Counted from the first letter of the whole stretch, positions 1 to 12,837 are shown. The stretch: 63,939 bases of DNA, filler included, from Octopus bimaculoides (GCF_001194135.2; 6 parts of 6 records of this genome joined end to end with filler, not necessarily neighbours in it), one strand, 5' to 3'. The notes: a model not told the origin generated them from the letters alone. Made by a program: numbers and translations.

Positions 1-550
1 TATATATATTTATATATATATATATTTATATATATTTATATATATATATATTTATATATATATATATTTATTTATTTATTTATTTATTTATACGTTTATA
101 TATATACACACACATCCACAAATATAAACGGACACAAACATATATATGTATTTTTTAATGTATACACACACACACACCCATTGTTATATTTTGGTGGGGG
201 TCATAAAAATCTGTTTCATCACACGATTTCAGATCAACAATCTGGTAACTAAATACTAAAATGCAATATACATACGTACATAAATATATAGCATACATAT
301 ATATCATGTATGTGCGTGTGTGTGTATGTGTGTGTATATATATGTTAATACACGCATATACGTACACATATAAATATTATATTAATTTCTAAATAGTTTC
401 ATCTATGTGGAATTGCGTGCTCAATACACAGTGTAGAGATAATATATGTATTAAATATAATGTAGTAGGTCCATATAACTACGTTTCCACTATTTCAGTT
501 TTTCTGCCTTATAGTGCATATTTCAGGTGAATATGTTAAGTGATCTTTAC

Positions 551-696
551 CCTTTTACTTGTTTCAGGCATTTGACTGTGGCCATGCTGGAGTACCGCCT
601 TTAGTCGAGCAAATCGACACCAGGACTTATTCTTTGTAAGCCTAGTACTTATTCTATCGGCCTTCTTTGCCGAAACGCTAAGTTACGGTGACGTAA
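551..696 (-). mobile_element. 3' half of the abundant tRNA-derived (CORE-like) SINE, 'family 1'
   Basis: Minus strand ends GGCGGTACTCCAGCATGGCCACAGTCAAATGCCTGAAACAAGTAAAAGG; same sequence as the copies at 28181 and 47621. Confidence 0.85.
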
Positions 697-1309
697 CTTC
701 GTAAGTGATTAGTAAATCAAGGATTTGAAAAGCCATATAAACGACATAAAACATCACTTCACAAATTGTCTCATCGTCTACCTGTTCGCTCAGACATGCG
801 AATTTGTCGGCAACTATGTGTTTATGCATGTTTATTTACAGACACATANNNNNNNNNNNNNNNNNNNNNNNNNNNNNNNNNNNNNNNNNNNNNNNNNNNN
901 NNNNNNNNNNNNNNNNNNNNNNNNNNNNNNNNNNNNNNNNNNNNNNNNNNNNNNNNNNNNNNNNNNNNNNNNNNNNNNNNNNNNNNNNNNNNNNNNNNNN
1001 NNNNNNNNNNNNNNNNNNNNNNNNNNNNNNNNNNNNNNNNNNNNNNNNNNNNNNNNNNNNNNNNNNNNNNNNNNNNNNNNNNNNNNNNNNNNNNNNNNNN
1101 NNNNNNNNNNNNNNNNNNNNNNNNNNNNNNNNNNNNNNNNNNNNNNNNNNNNNNNNNNNNNNNNNNNNNNNNNNNNNNNNNNNNNNNNNNNNNNNNNNNN
1201 NNNNNNNNNNNNNNNNNNNNNNNNNNNNNNNNNNNNNNNNNNNNNNNNNNNNNNNNNNNNNNNNNNNNNNNNNNNNNNNNNNNNNNNNNNNNNNNNNNNN
1301 AAATACTAA

Positions 1310-2158
1310 AGAATATATTTATTCAATAAAATCGCCATTGGCTTCAATCACGGCCTCCAAACGACTTTGGAATTTCCTGCTACTCTTCTCCTTGTTTAAG
1401 TTGGTCAATGCTGCCATAATTTTACCCTCAGTTCATCTTTGATGTTACAAGGAGTTTTGTTGATCTCTCGCTCAACCGTACCCCACACATAATAATCAAG
1501 GGGGTTGCAGTGTGGGGAGTTATGGCTTCTATGGGCGCAGAAATTGTCTGACAGCCATGACTGAGTTTTCTTGTTTGTGTGACATGGTGCAGAGTCCTGT
1601 TGCCAGACATAGGGTCTTCTAACAGCCACCCTCTTGACCCAGGACAGCACTACCTCTTCCAGACACTTGATGTAGGCCTCCATGTTGATTCTGAGGCCGT
1701 GTGGGAAGATGAATGGAAGCATAACATCACCATCACTGGTGATGTAAATACTTGCTGATGTAAATATCTCTGAAAATCAAAGAGAAAGAAGATAACAATG
1801 GATAACTCCAGGTTCTATATTCAGATTACGAATTTACATGTATATCAATAATAATTGTTGCACTTGGTTTTGTAAGTAAATACCTACCTTTCATGATGTT
1901 GAGTGGATGTTTGATTTTTATCACTCTTGGTACATGTCCCCACATTGCACTGTCCTCAGATTGACACCCAAACACTCTGAAATGTTCGCTTCAGGCGCGA
2001 ATGTGAAGCACTACAGGATTTTCTGGCAAAGTAAATTGCGTCATGGTGCTGTTTTCTCACAGACGGTGCCCAACTGATCTTACTATACTGTGTAGTCGAC
2101 AAATAAAAAAGAAACAATGTGCAAGCGTGAAATTACAATTTACCCATCGCACCCGGTA
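1310..2158 (-). mobile_element. Internally deleted Tc1/mariner-superfamily transposon, DD37D (maT)-like
   Basis: ORF 1405-1722(-) has YVWQQDSAPCH...SPHCNPLDYYVWG, the second and third catalytic Asp motifs typical of DD37D transposases; the spacing is 32 aa here, so there is a small deletion. N-terminal remnant (MTQFTLPE...SECLGVNLRTVQ) near 1950-2045. Probable terminus TACCGGGTGCGATGGGTAAATTG at 2158; the other end would lie in the gap. Confidence 0.85.
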
Positions 2159-2169
2159 TGTATGTATAT

Positions 2170-2700
2170 ATATATATATATAATAAAGTAAAGTTGTGGA
2201 ATACCGTACGAGTGGAAATATATATGAAAGAAGGTTTGAAAATGCACTTATTTTTTAAAAATATTTATTTACTTAACCGGTTTCACTTTTTTCGAAAAAG
2301 ATTATCAAAAGTCTTTGAGAATAATAAAAAATGTTAAAAAACAGTCTGAGTATTAAAATGCATATATACATTCTTTGATGATAAAATATATTTAAAGTAT
2401 AAAGCTTTGTATGAACTTTGTAGTGTTACATACTGATTGTCACACATTCTCTGATATTAAGGTGAAATTGTTAAAAACAGTGTTAAAGACAGTGTATGAA
2501 AATACACATATGGAAAAATACATATACATATTCTTATACATATTCTTTGACAATCGAATAAAATTGAGAAGGAACTGACCTGGCCTTTTTCTCTTGTGTA
2601 TATTGAAGGAATGTTTTACTGTCTTAGGAGACAGTATGACTGGCTAGCTGGGGTGGGAGGGATGAAGAGTTAAAGAAGATTTTTTTAATTTTTGGTTGGT
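2170..2700 (-). mobile_element. Degenerate Penelope-like element 3' end containing a hammerhead-like relic
   Basis: Minus strand ACTT-TTGATAA-hairpin-GAAA-CCGGTT-AAGT (2271-2312) followed by an AATAAA-containing tail; same layout as the Penelope-like end at 62.7 kb. Confidence 0.55.
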
Positions 2701-2706
2701 CTGTGA

Positions 2707-2757
<51 letters not shown>

Positions 2758-3289
2758 TGTGTGTATGTATATACATATATATGCGTGGGTATATTTATAT
2801 ATTGATATCTAAATAGTTACATATTAATATATATAATATCTACATACGTACATACACACATGTATGTATGTATGTATGTATGTATGTATGTATCTATCTA
2901 TCTATATGTATGTATTTGTATTTGTATCCACGCATACGCACATACATACGCAAACATATTTTCAATACATGACATCTATGTAACCACGTCGTGTCATCGA
3001 GTCACGATATGGCCAATAGGCGGTGTGACATGTTCGTCTGGAAGGCAGACATTGCTAAGAAATTAGTGAGTCATTGCCGGCGGTTAACGAGGGGATGTTA
3101 TGAACGTTCTCGTCGTTGTTTAGCCCAAAGCCAGACCTGATCGAGTACACTTACGATGATCAAAGCCATTTCACTAGCAAAAGTACTGTGCCGCACTCTG
3201 GCACGCTATATTTCATTGGTAAAATTATTTAAGGTTTGTTATCGGCGGACTTTTATATAATTGCATTGTTCTGCCTACTGCAATCTATG

Positions 3290-3965
3290 CAAGAGCACAG
3301 AAAGGATGGATAGAAAACGAAATAGACTTCATCAGAGGTGCTTCAGAATGATCCCGAAGGGTAACTGTTGGGACTATGTCAGAAACAGGAGATTCTGAGA
3401 AGAGCAAGGTCATGTCCACTGCAAGAGACTGTAACAGAGTGCCAGTTCTCTCAGGCTGGCCATAGTCTGCATCTAGTTGGTTAATGACATTCGAAAAATA
3501 TCCATGACTTGGGTAACACCCATCAGCAGGTGTAAGAGAAGCAGGCTGAATATCAATTGTTGACAGGCATTTCAAGATGACCTGAAGATATACAACATTA
3601 TGTGGAATGGATGAAGGAAACTTGCCTCCTACTGTAGGAAGCGTGCCGCCCAATGTGCTTAGCAGTGCTGGAGGATTTAACAACCACTGTAAGAGACTGT
3701 AGTAGAACGCTAATTCCACCTGGCTGGTCACGTTCCTCGTCCAACTGATCAACGTCATTTGAAAAGAGCTATGATTTGAGTGCCAACTGATGGCAGGCGT
3801 CAAAGGTGGTAGTCCGAAGATCACTTGGTTGCGGATATTTCAAGATGACTTGAAAACAGTCAACATTACGTGGAATAGATATGCAAGAATAACAACTGAC
3901 AAAACCTGGTGGAGAAAGCTTGCTGCCCAATGTGCTAGGCAGCGCAGGAGGACACCGAAGCTCAA
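3290..3965 (+). mobile_element. Two tandem 3' fragments of RTE-clade LINE ORF
   Basis: Frameshifted translation gives EILRRARSCPLQETVTE..QAGH, LAGHVPRPTDQRHLKRAM and KITWLRIFQDDLKTVNITW..WWRKLAAQCA. The block TTCAAGATGAC..GCCCAATGTGCT occurs twice (about 3580-3660 and 3840-3940). Confidence 0.7.
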
Positions 3966-5358
3966 AAGAAAGGCTTTTTCCGAGTATAAAGAGTAGGTAT
4001 CTGGCGAAGTGAGAAAAGGAAAGCCAACCAACTGATTCCAGTTTCAACGGGGGAAAAGGTAATGTCCAACCGTCTTTCTCAGATGTACATACCCTACAGA
4101 TCACCATGGCCATGTCATGACATCCCCGATACATTCTGTTATCCTGGCTAACCTTGTGTGAGATACGACGGAATGAAGCTGGCCGACCTATACAACCTTC
4201 TCTTACTGTAATTCTAACTTGCTAAAACATCCTAGTGATGTACTCTTCATTTTAATGATTAAGGCATGCGACTCTGCAACAATTAAATACCGGCACTGTC
4301 GCAGTTTCTTTGCTTGTTCAAGCACAAGAAACGGTTCCCATTCGCTCAAGCAATTCCTCGTTGGTGATGCTCTACTGCAAGAGCCATCGGTATCTAAAAG
4401 GTAGAGTTTTGACAAGCTTCGTAAACGATAGACGAACAAAAATATTTGTGTATTTGATTGTGTATATGTTTATTATTGTTTACTGGTATTCACAGATGTA
4501 CAGAGTTGCATTTATTTAAAGACAAAATTTCTCTATCTTAATCGCTCAATAACTCAGCACTGTCTCGAGTCCTGGGGCTTATAGGATCGGTTGCTCGCTG
4601 GAGTATAAGTGACTGGAATCACAACATCGCTCCTCAACAAGACGCCAATCAGCGCAAGGTTACTCCTTTGCAGCTGACTCGACTGTAATGACACGAAATA
4701 AAGTGTTTCGCACAAGAACATAACGCACAACCCGATAAAGGAATCGGAATAACGATCTTCCAATAAATAGATAATAAAATTAATACAAAACAATATGAGA
4801 GTCGACGTGATGAGAAACAATTTCCAGGGAGATCCCAAAAGCTGGCTGTAATCAAAGGGTGTGGCTACTTGGTGTATAAAAGAATATTGTATAAAACATA
4901 GTTTTAAATTATACATGAATGTCTGCTCCGTTCAGCTGGAACGGAGTTGAAATTTCAATGTAACGTTAAATTGTGTCTGAAGTATATGTAACAGTTGGTA
5001 CGTACACATAATAACACAGACATAACTATACGTGATATACGTACAAGCATGTACATAAACGTCTTTAAATCTATACCCATTTGTGTGTGTATATATATAT
5101 ATATATGTATGTGTATATATATATATATATGTATGTGTATATATATATATATATATATATGTGTNNNNNNNNNNNNNNNNNNNNNNNNNNNNNNNNNNNN
5201 NNNNNNNNNNNNNNNNNNNNNNNNNNNNNNNNNNNNNNNNNNNNNNNNNNNNNNNNNNNNNNNNNNNNNNNNNNNNNNNNNNNNNNNNNNNNNNNNNNNN
5301 NNNNNNNNNNNNNNNNNNNNNNNNNNNNNNNNNNNNNNNNNNNNNNNNNNNNNNNNNN

Positions 5359-5412
<54 letters not shown>

Positions 5413-5788
5413 CCAGACAGTGAGATAGTGATACAGCTATGTATCCGATTAACTAAATATTGAATATTCGCTCTTCGCTATTTACACAGAGGTCAATACG
5501 TGGCTGAATCTAAGAGACTGTGTATTCACTTACCGTTTCAATAGCGAGATATGTATGAAAGAACTATCCACTCACACTTCTCAATCACATATATACATTT
5601 ATAAACACATGTGTATATATACATATATACACACACGAGAAGACATATTTACACAAATAGTAAGACATGCATATACATAATCCTTACGTGAAAACACATT
5701 CATAGACGCATTTGCACGCACACGCGCGCGAACACAAACAAACACACACAAACACATCTAAATATGTGCATATATATATGTATACCTA

Positions 5789-5819
<31 letters not shown>

Positions 5820-6198
5820 ATNNNNNNNNNNNNNNNNNNNNNNNNNNNNNNNNNNNNNNNNNNNNNNNNNNNNNNNNNNNNNNNNNNNNNNNNNNNNNNN
5901 NNNNNNNNNNNNNNNNNNNNNNNNNNNNNNNNNNNNNNNNNNNNNNNNNNNNNNNNNNNNNNNNNNNNNNNNNNNNNNNNNNNNNNNNNNNNNNNNNNNN
6001 NNNNNNNNNNNNNNNNNNNNNNNNNNNNNNNNNNNNNNNNNNNNNNNNNNNNNNNNNNNNNNNNNNNNNNNNNNNNNNNNNNNNNNNNNNNNNNNNNNNN
6101 NNNNNNNNNNNNNNNNNNNNNNNNNNNNNNNNNNNNNNNNNNNNNNNNNNNNNNNNNNNNNNNNNNNNNNNNNNNNNNNNNNNNNNNNNNNNNNNNNN

Positions 6199-6234
<36 letters not shown>

Positions 6235-6335
6235 CACATGCATATATATGTATACACAGACATATATTTACATATATATATATACACACACATATATATA
6301 TATATACATATATACATATATGTGTTTATGTATAT

Positions 6336-6366
<31 letters not shown>

Positions 6367-6789
6367 CAAACATATATACATATGCGTACATATATATACG
6401 TATTTGAAATCTTAAGATGGTGGAATGTATTTGAGAATACATGAATGAGTTTCAAGATTTCAGAAGCGACACCTTGTGTCAATACTAACAAACTATAGAG
6501 TTTCTCTTGATCAGTTTATTCCCGAGTGGGAGTAAGAGGTGAAACTGCAAGGTGGAAGTAAATAAATGCGAGAAAAGAGGGTCAGTGGTCAATGAGAACG
6601 CAGGAGGAGTGGTATGAGTTGCAATATAGTGTTAGTGGTGGTTATGTCGCGGAAATGCTGGTGGTGATGGTATGAGACGAGGAGGGGGAGGAAGAGGAGG
6701 TACTGGTGAGGTGGAAGATGAAAAAGTGTAGAAGGAAGAAAATGGAGAAGTCAAAAGGAAGAGGGAAGAAAATGTGAAGGGGAGAGATA

Positions 6790-6900
6790 GGAAGAAGAAG
6801 AAGAAGAAGAAGAAGAAGAAGAAGAAGAAGAAGAAGAAGAAGAAGCAGCAGAAGTTGACCACGAGGATCATGATGATGACGACGATGAAGAAGATGAAGA
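6790..6900 (+). repeat. (GAA)n / (GAT)n trinucleotide microsatellite
   Basis: Directly visible. Confidence 0.95.
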
Positions 6901-7122
6901 AATAGAGGGAAAGGAAAATGTGTACATATATATATATATATATACATATATATAATAGGATGTATATATATATATAATAGGATATACATATATATATAAT
7001 AATAATATTAGGGACAAAATCAATTTATAAAAAATCAAAATTAAATTGAGCTTTGGATTTTCATCGATGAATTCTTGANNNNNNNNNNNNNNNNNNNNNN
7101 NNNNNNNNNNNNNNNNNNNNNN

Positions 7123-7134
7123 TTAATTAATTAA
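7123..7134. other. Artificial scaffold-join linker TTAATTAATTAA flanked by N runs (also at 15214-15225, 44424-44435, 60025-60036, 62571-62582)
   Basis: Identical 12-mer with stops in all six frames, centred in 100-nt spacers (N44 + 12 + N44), five times in the window. Confidence 0.95.
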
Positions 7135-7186
7135 NNNNNNNNNNNNNNNNNNNNNNNNNNNNNNNNNNNNNNNNNNNNTATATATA

Positions 7187-7218
<32 letters not shown>

Positions 7219-7261
7219 ATATATATGTATAGTTATGTATATATATATATATATATGTGTG

Positions 7262-10200
7262 TGTGTCATAGCTGCACCCTCGTTACACGAGAAAAGCCAT
7301 TGCCAAAATGACTTACTGAATTGATTCCTTATTGATGCCATGTGATGCCCATATATGACTTTTAATCCTAACCAAAATTTTACATATTTTAGTACATGCT
7401 GCACAGCTGTGCACTCTCTTAATGTGTCTTTTCAGACTTCCAGCTGAGAAGCACACTCTTCCACCTTTATACGTATTCTGTTGTGAATTGTAATAGCCAC
7501 ATCACTGTTTATCATGAGTCGATTCCTGTGAAATTTTTGATGGCTGACCTGACCTGCACAACTCAAACACTTCCTCCCACAAAACACACACACAGAGAAA
7601 GCAACACTCTCTCACTTTCTACAAGTTCCCCCTTCTAAGCACCCTTCTAAACCCCCTTCTAAGCCCCCTTCAAAGCTCCCTTCTAATTCTCTCATACTTC
7701 ACTCTCTCCCTCTCAAACCCCGAACAACTATTATGCACTGTCTCCCTCCATCCATCCCGATCTTATGCCTCCCTCTCCTAATCACCAATTGCAATTCCTG
7801 TCTGTATTAAAGCATTTTTAAGGCAATCCTTGAACCTTAGTTTAGGCCTATGCGCTGGTCTCCTGCCGTCTTACAGCTCATCATACAATAGCTGCTTGAG
7901 CAGTCCCTCATCACCCATCCTTACCAGATGTCCTCCCCCACCTCAAACGTCTTTGCAAAATCATTGACTCTATACTTCTACTGCCACTCCTCTCAAGCAC
8001 CTCCACATTACTAATGGCCATTTTTCAGTTTATCCTCCCCCCAGTTTTTCTCAGACAGTATTGATGGCATCGTTCCAGTTGCCCTACATGCCTACGGTAA
8101 ATACCCCATGCCTCGCTCTCATATAGCAAAGATGGCAGGACGCACGTGTTATATATCTTAACTTTAATTTGTGAAGATGTATTATGTCGTGTCCACAGAC
8201 GCCTATCAAGCCTACCAAAAGCCCTACTAGCTCTGCTGATTCTATATGAAATTTCATCACAAGACCAGCAGTGCTCAAGGTACTTACTAAATAAATAAAT
8301 CTTGACACAGTCCCCAACCTTTGACCATTCACAGTTATAAAAGATTCCACATACGTCTTGGAGGGAGCGGGCTGGTACACTATAACTGTTTTTTCAAGAG
8401 GGATCGTTAGACTTAATGTTGTACATGCTGCAGAAATCGCGTTCAACATGTGCTGCATATCTTTCTGGGAATGTGCCAACAGATCACAACCATCTGCATA
8501 CAGAAACTCAATAAGGTGAGAATGCAGAACTTTCGTTTTGTCATAGTCTTTTGAGATTGTACAGTTTTTTTCGTTGTCCTTTATCTTATATAGACCTCTT
8601 CAGTGCAATCCTCAAAAGCTATTTGAAAGACTATTGCAAAATACATAGTAAACAATGTGGGAGCAGGAATATCACCTTGTTTTACACCATTTTCTACGGA
8701 AATAGGATCTAATAAGGTACCTCCAACATTAACTTTCACTTCCATCTTGTCATGAAACTTTCTAAACATTCTCAAATTTTTCAGGGCATCCTAGCTTTTT
8801 CAGGATCTCCCAAAGTGCAACTCTATTGACAGATTCAAACGCTTTCGTTAGATCAATGAAAACCTGATATATGTCCATATCCTGTTCAATGCACTTCTCT
8901 TGCAACTGTCTAGCTGAAAATATCATATCCATAGTAATCCCACAATCCCTAAACCCACATTGCGATTCTGGTAGAACCTCGTCAGCAATGTGTAGAAGCA
9001 ATCTGTCCAGCATTACCCTACAAAGGACCTTTCCAGCAACAGCTAACAGACAGATGCCGCGATAATTATCACAGACATCCTTTCCACCTTTAGATTTATA
9101 TAGTAACTCCATAGTAGCATCACTCTAATCCGAAGGAACCTCTTCACTATGCCAAACCCTCTGAATTACATCCATCAACATTGTACAGAGATGATCACCA
9201 GCATATTTATATATCTCTGCACCTAATCCACCCATACCAGGAGCCTTTCCATTGTTCAATTTCTTGACTGCTGCTTTTTTTCAACCAGGTTTGGAACCTT
9301 TGCTAAAAGATGTTTTGTGGGTCTCTCAAGTATATTATCTAGAAAAGAGCGGTCAACTTCAGTGGGTCTATTGAGCAACTCATCAAAATGCTCTTTCCAT
9401 CTCCCAACAATATCTTTAGGATTTGTTAATAATTCTGTGCCATCCTTTCTCCGAAGCAGCGCAACCGTTGATGAAACTGGTCCATAAACGTTTTTCAAGA
9501 GTAAAAAAGTTTGGAATTGTTAGCATTTGAAGCTTCTTGGATTTCATCGCATCTTTCACTCCACCAATTTTCCTGCATCATTTTCAGCTTCCTCTGCACT
9601 GTTGCTTTTACTGCTTTGAAATATGTAACCACTGTCCTGTTCGCTGATATGTCAACATTTTGCAACATTTTAAATGCCTTTTGCTTCTCCTCTAAGATAA
9701 GGCTAATTTCTTCATCGTTATCGTCAAACCAATCTTGGTGCTCTTTTACAGCAAAGCCAAGAATGTTGGCTTTGCTGCACAAACCTCGTATACCCTTTTT
9801 TTGAATGACTTCCAACTTCCATCACAGGAAACTCACTGTGTACTGACGGTATCTTAAGCTTATTGACATCAATCCATTTAGGTAACTTGTCATTATTTGC
9901 TCTGACCTTAGGCTTGACAACAAAATTCACCTTGGCACGCAAAAGCCTATGGTCTTTCCATCACTCAGTACCACGCATCACTCGTACAATAGCATAGTCG
10001 CAAGTATCTCGTTTCCTAGTGGAGACGTAATCTATAAGATTTCTTAGAACCAGGGTGCATCCATGTCATTTTATACTTTTTTTTTAGTTGAAACATTGTG
10101 TTCATGACACATAAATCCATCTCTACGCACATTTGTAATAGTAGTAAACTATTACTGCTGGAACTTCCAGCCCCATGCCTTTCCAAGACACCCCAGGTTT

Positions 10201-10650
10201 CCCAACGCAAGCATTAAAATCATCTAAAATGACAACTTTGTCATCATGGGTGATACTGCGTATAATCTCTGTAAGTGATAGATAGAAAGAAAGTTTATCA
10301 TCCTCTGATGAATTCATAGTTGGAGCAGATGCACTAATGAGTATTGCATAGCGACCTTTTCTTAATGGAAGTCTTAAAGACAACAAACGATCCGAATGAC
10401 CACATGGTAGTTCCTCAAATTTTGAAACCAGAGTAGTTTTGGTAGCAAATCCCACTCCTGATTCTCTCTTACACGTCTCCTCTCTATCGTTCCCAAATAA
10501 ATGATACCCAGCAGAATTCTCAACCAAATTCCCCTTTCCATGAATTCTTGCTTCGGCTACTGCTACAACATGTATATCATACCGTTGTAACTCTTTTGCA
10601 ATAAGCGCGGATCTTCTCTCCAGACGAGATTTCAGACATTGTCTTATAAT
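7262..10650 (-). mobile_element. Near full-length, inactivated RTE (BovB-like) LINE: APE endonuclease, RT and C-terminal zinc fingers
   Basis: ERRSALIAKELQRYDIH and ILDDFNACVG (APE); NYRGICLLAVAGKVL, LPESQCGFR, FIDLTKAFESV, GVKQGDIPAPTLF and LYADG (YADD mutated, 8489-8500) (RT); RLRWGGHLVRM thumb region. Many stops and frameshifts. 3' hairpin CTCGT-GTA-ACGAG at 7279-7291 followed by a (CA)/(TA) tail. Confidence 0.95.
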
Positions 10651-10653
10651 GTT

Positions 10654-11375
10654 CTATGGGATTGGCTTTTTGTGAAGGAGGGAGTGTGACACTACTGCCC
10701 TCTTTTGAGTTTCCTGCCTGGATATTGTTTCATCTGGGATCTTGAGCAGCAAGTAGTCAAGTTGTTTCTTGAAAACATCTACCTCCACTCCATGGAGATC
10801 CCTCAGATGTTTTAGCAAGGCGTTAAATAGCTGTGGGGCCTTGAATTCCAAGATGTTGCCGTACATGGTCCTCGCCTTAGATGAGACAGCTGGAACATTT
10901 GGAATAGTGCAGTGCCGTCCAGTTCGAGGTCTGGTATAGCTCTCAATTCCAAAGTTTGGTACGAGCCCTTCCGGTATCTTCCACACATATATCACTGCAT
11001 ACCTCTCCCATCTTCGCTCTAGGGAGTAGATTCGTAGCTCTCTCAGTCTCTCCCAGTAGCTCAGCTGTTCTATTGATGCGATCTTCCTTGTGTAGCATCG
11101 CTGAACCGCCTCAATTTATGCTATTAAACGTACACTGTACGTTGACTATAGTTGACAGTAGTAGTCCAGACAGCTGAGAACAAATGTCCTTCACAGAACC
11201 AGCATAGTTCCCTGGTCGGTTGTTCTGAATGTTTCTCTGAATCTATCCGGTCATTCGCCTGCATACTGCCACCATCTTGGTGATATGCATGTGAAACGAG
11301 GTATCGTTCCTCGTATCAAACCCAAAAACACGCACCGTACAAGATTTGGGGATTGCCGCTACATTTCGTCCAAAG
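10654..11375 (-). mobile_element. 3' fragment of a CR1-like LINE (RT C-terminal region)
   Basis: Frameshifted translation includes SFHMHITKMVAVCRRMTG, LSYWERLRELRIYSLERRWERYAVIYVWKI and APQLFNALLKHLRDLHG. Same family as 21020-22662. Confidence 0.9.
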
Positions 11376-12064
11376 CATCGTTGTTACGTCTTCTGAGCAC
11401 TAATTACCATGTAGCGGAGGGCTTGAAATTTACCGAATGAATTTATGTAAAAATACTTATTATATCAAGACAGAAAATGTTAAACAATATGATTAAAAAT
11501 AGATGTAATACTTATCTTAGCGAATATTATAAACTTGACATTATTAACTTTAAGTTTATTAAAATATAAACTAACAGAAATATTAAGTGCAAATCTTATC
11601 TTAACAAATCTTTTGTTTAAAATTCAATTTAAACGAAGTTTTAGGTTAAACTAAAATTATAAACGTCATATTATTAACTTTACGGTTATTATAATATAAA
11701 CTAATAAAAATTAATTTATATAAATTAATTTATACAAAAATAATTATATCACCAAAAAATAAAAGAAAACATTTAACAAGATTATTGCAAAGAAATGCTA
11801 AACTTATCAAATCGAATATTTAGTTTAAATAAAATTTAAATGTTATACTATTAACTTAAACTTAATTAGAATATTAAGTGATAATAAATAAAATTATATA
11901 AAAACACTTATTTTACAAATAGAACAAAGACATATTAAACAATATTATAGTAAATAAATACAACACTAATCTAATCGAAGATTTGGCTTACACAAAAATG
12001 TTAAGCTTAACACGATTAACTTAGTGTTAAATAGGATAACAGCTTACAATAAATATCAAGTGAA

Positions 12065-12357
12065 TTTCAGATTTCACTTTGCCGCTGCCAATTTAGTCAA
12101 TAGTCCTTCACTGTAACACCACATTACCCTTACTACTAATATGTCCAAATCTTACCCACAAATAATCTTCAAAACATTAATACACCGCCGCACATGTCAT
12201 CAAAAAACTTATGCTATGGCTACCCGCACCAACGGGAAATACTTATGGATCATCCTAACACGACACTCGCCACAACAATGTCTAGTATTTAGCAAAGTTT
12301 CTCTACTATTGCCTCGCCTATGTTTCATTTCACTTCCGTGGAATTTATGCTACTGGA
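12065..12357 (+). repeat. Block A of a tandemly duplicated unit (second copy at 13699-13983)
   Basis: TTTCAGATTTCACTTTGCCGCTGCC...TTTCATTTCACTTCCGTGG aligns between the two positions with scattered differences. Confidence 0.9.
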
Positions 12358-12837
12358 NNNNNNNNNNNNNNNNNNNNNNNNNNNNNNNNNNNNNNNNNNN
12401 NNNNNNNNNNNNNNNNNNNNNNNNNNNNNNNNNNNNNNNNNNNNNNNNNNNNNNNNNNNNNNNNNNNNNNNNNNNNNNNNNNNNNNNNNNNNNNNNNNNN
12501 NNNNNNNNNNNNNNNNNNNNNNNNNNNNNNNNNNNNNNNNNNNNNNNNNNNNNNNNNNNNNNNNNNNNNNNNNNNNNNNNNNNNNNNNNNNNNNNNNNNN
12601 NNNNNNNNNNNNNNNNNNNNNNNNNNNNNNNNNNNNNNNNNNNNNNNNNNNNNNNNNNNNNNNNNNNNNNNNNNNNNNNNNNNNNNNNNNNNNNNNNNNN
12701 NNNNNNNNNNNNNNNNNNNNNNNNNNNNNNNNNNNNNNNNNNNNNNNNNNNNNNNNNNNNNNNNNNNNNNNNNNNNNNNNNNNNNNNNNNNNNNNNNNNN
12801 NNNNNNNNNNNNNNNNNNNNNNNNNNNNNNNNNNNNN

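Noticed and set aside
7123-7134. Recurrent TTAATTAATTAA 12-mer as a biological motif or CRISPR-like repeat
   Set aside because: It is always centred in a fixed 100-nt N spacer, so it is an assembly linker.
11356-11427. CCGCTACAT...ATGTAGCGG 9-bp inverted repeat near the 5S region as a possible snRNA
   Set aside because: One arm lies inside the CR1-like reading frame (GRNVAAIPKS), and I see no snRNA motifs such as an Sm site; probably incidental.
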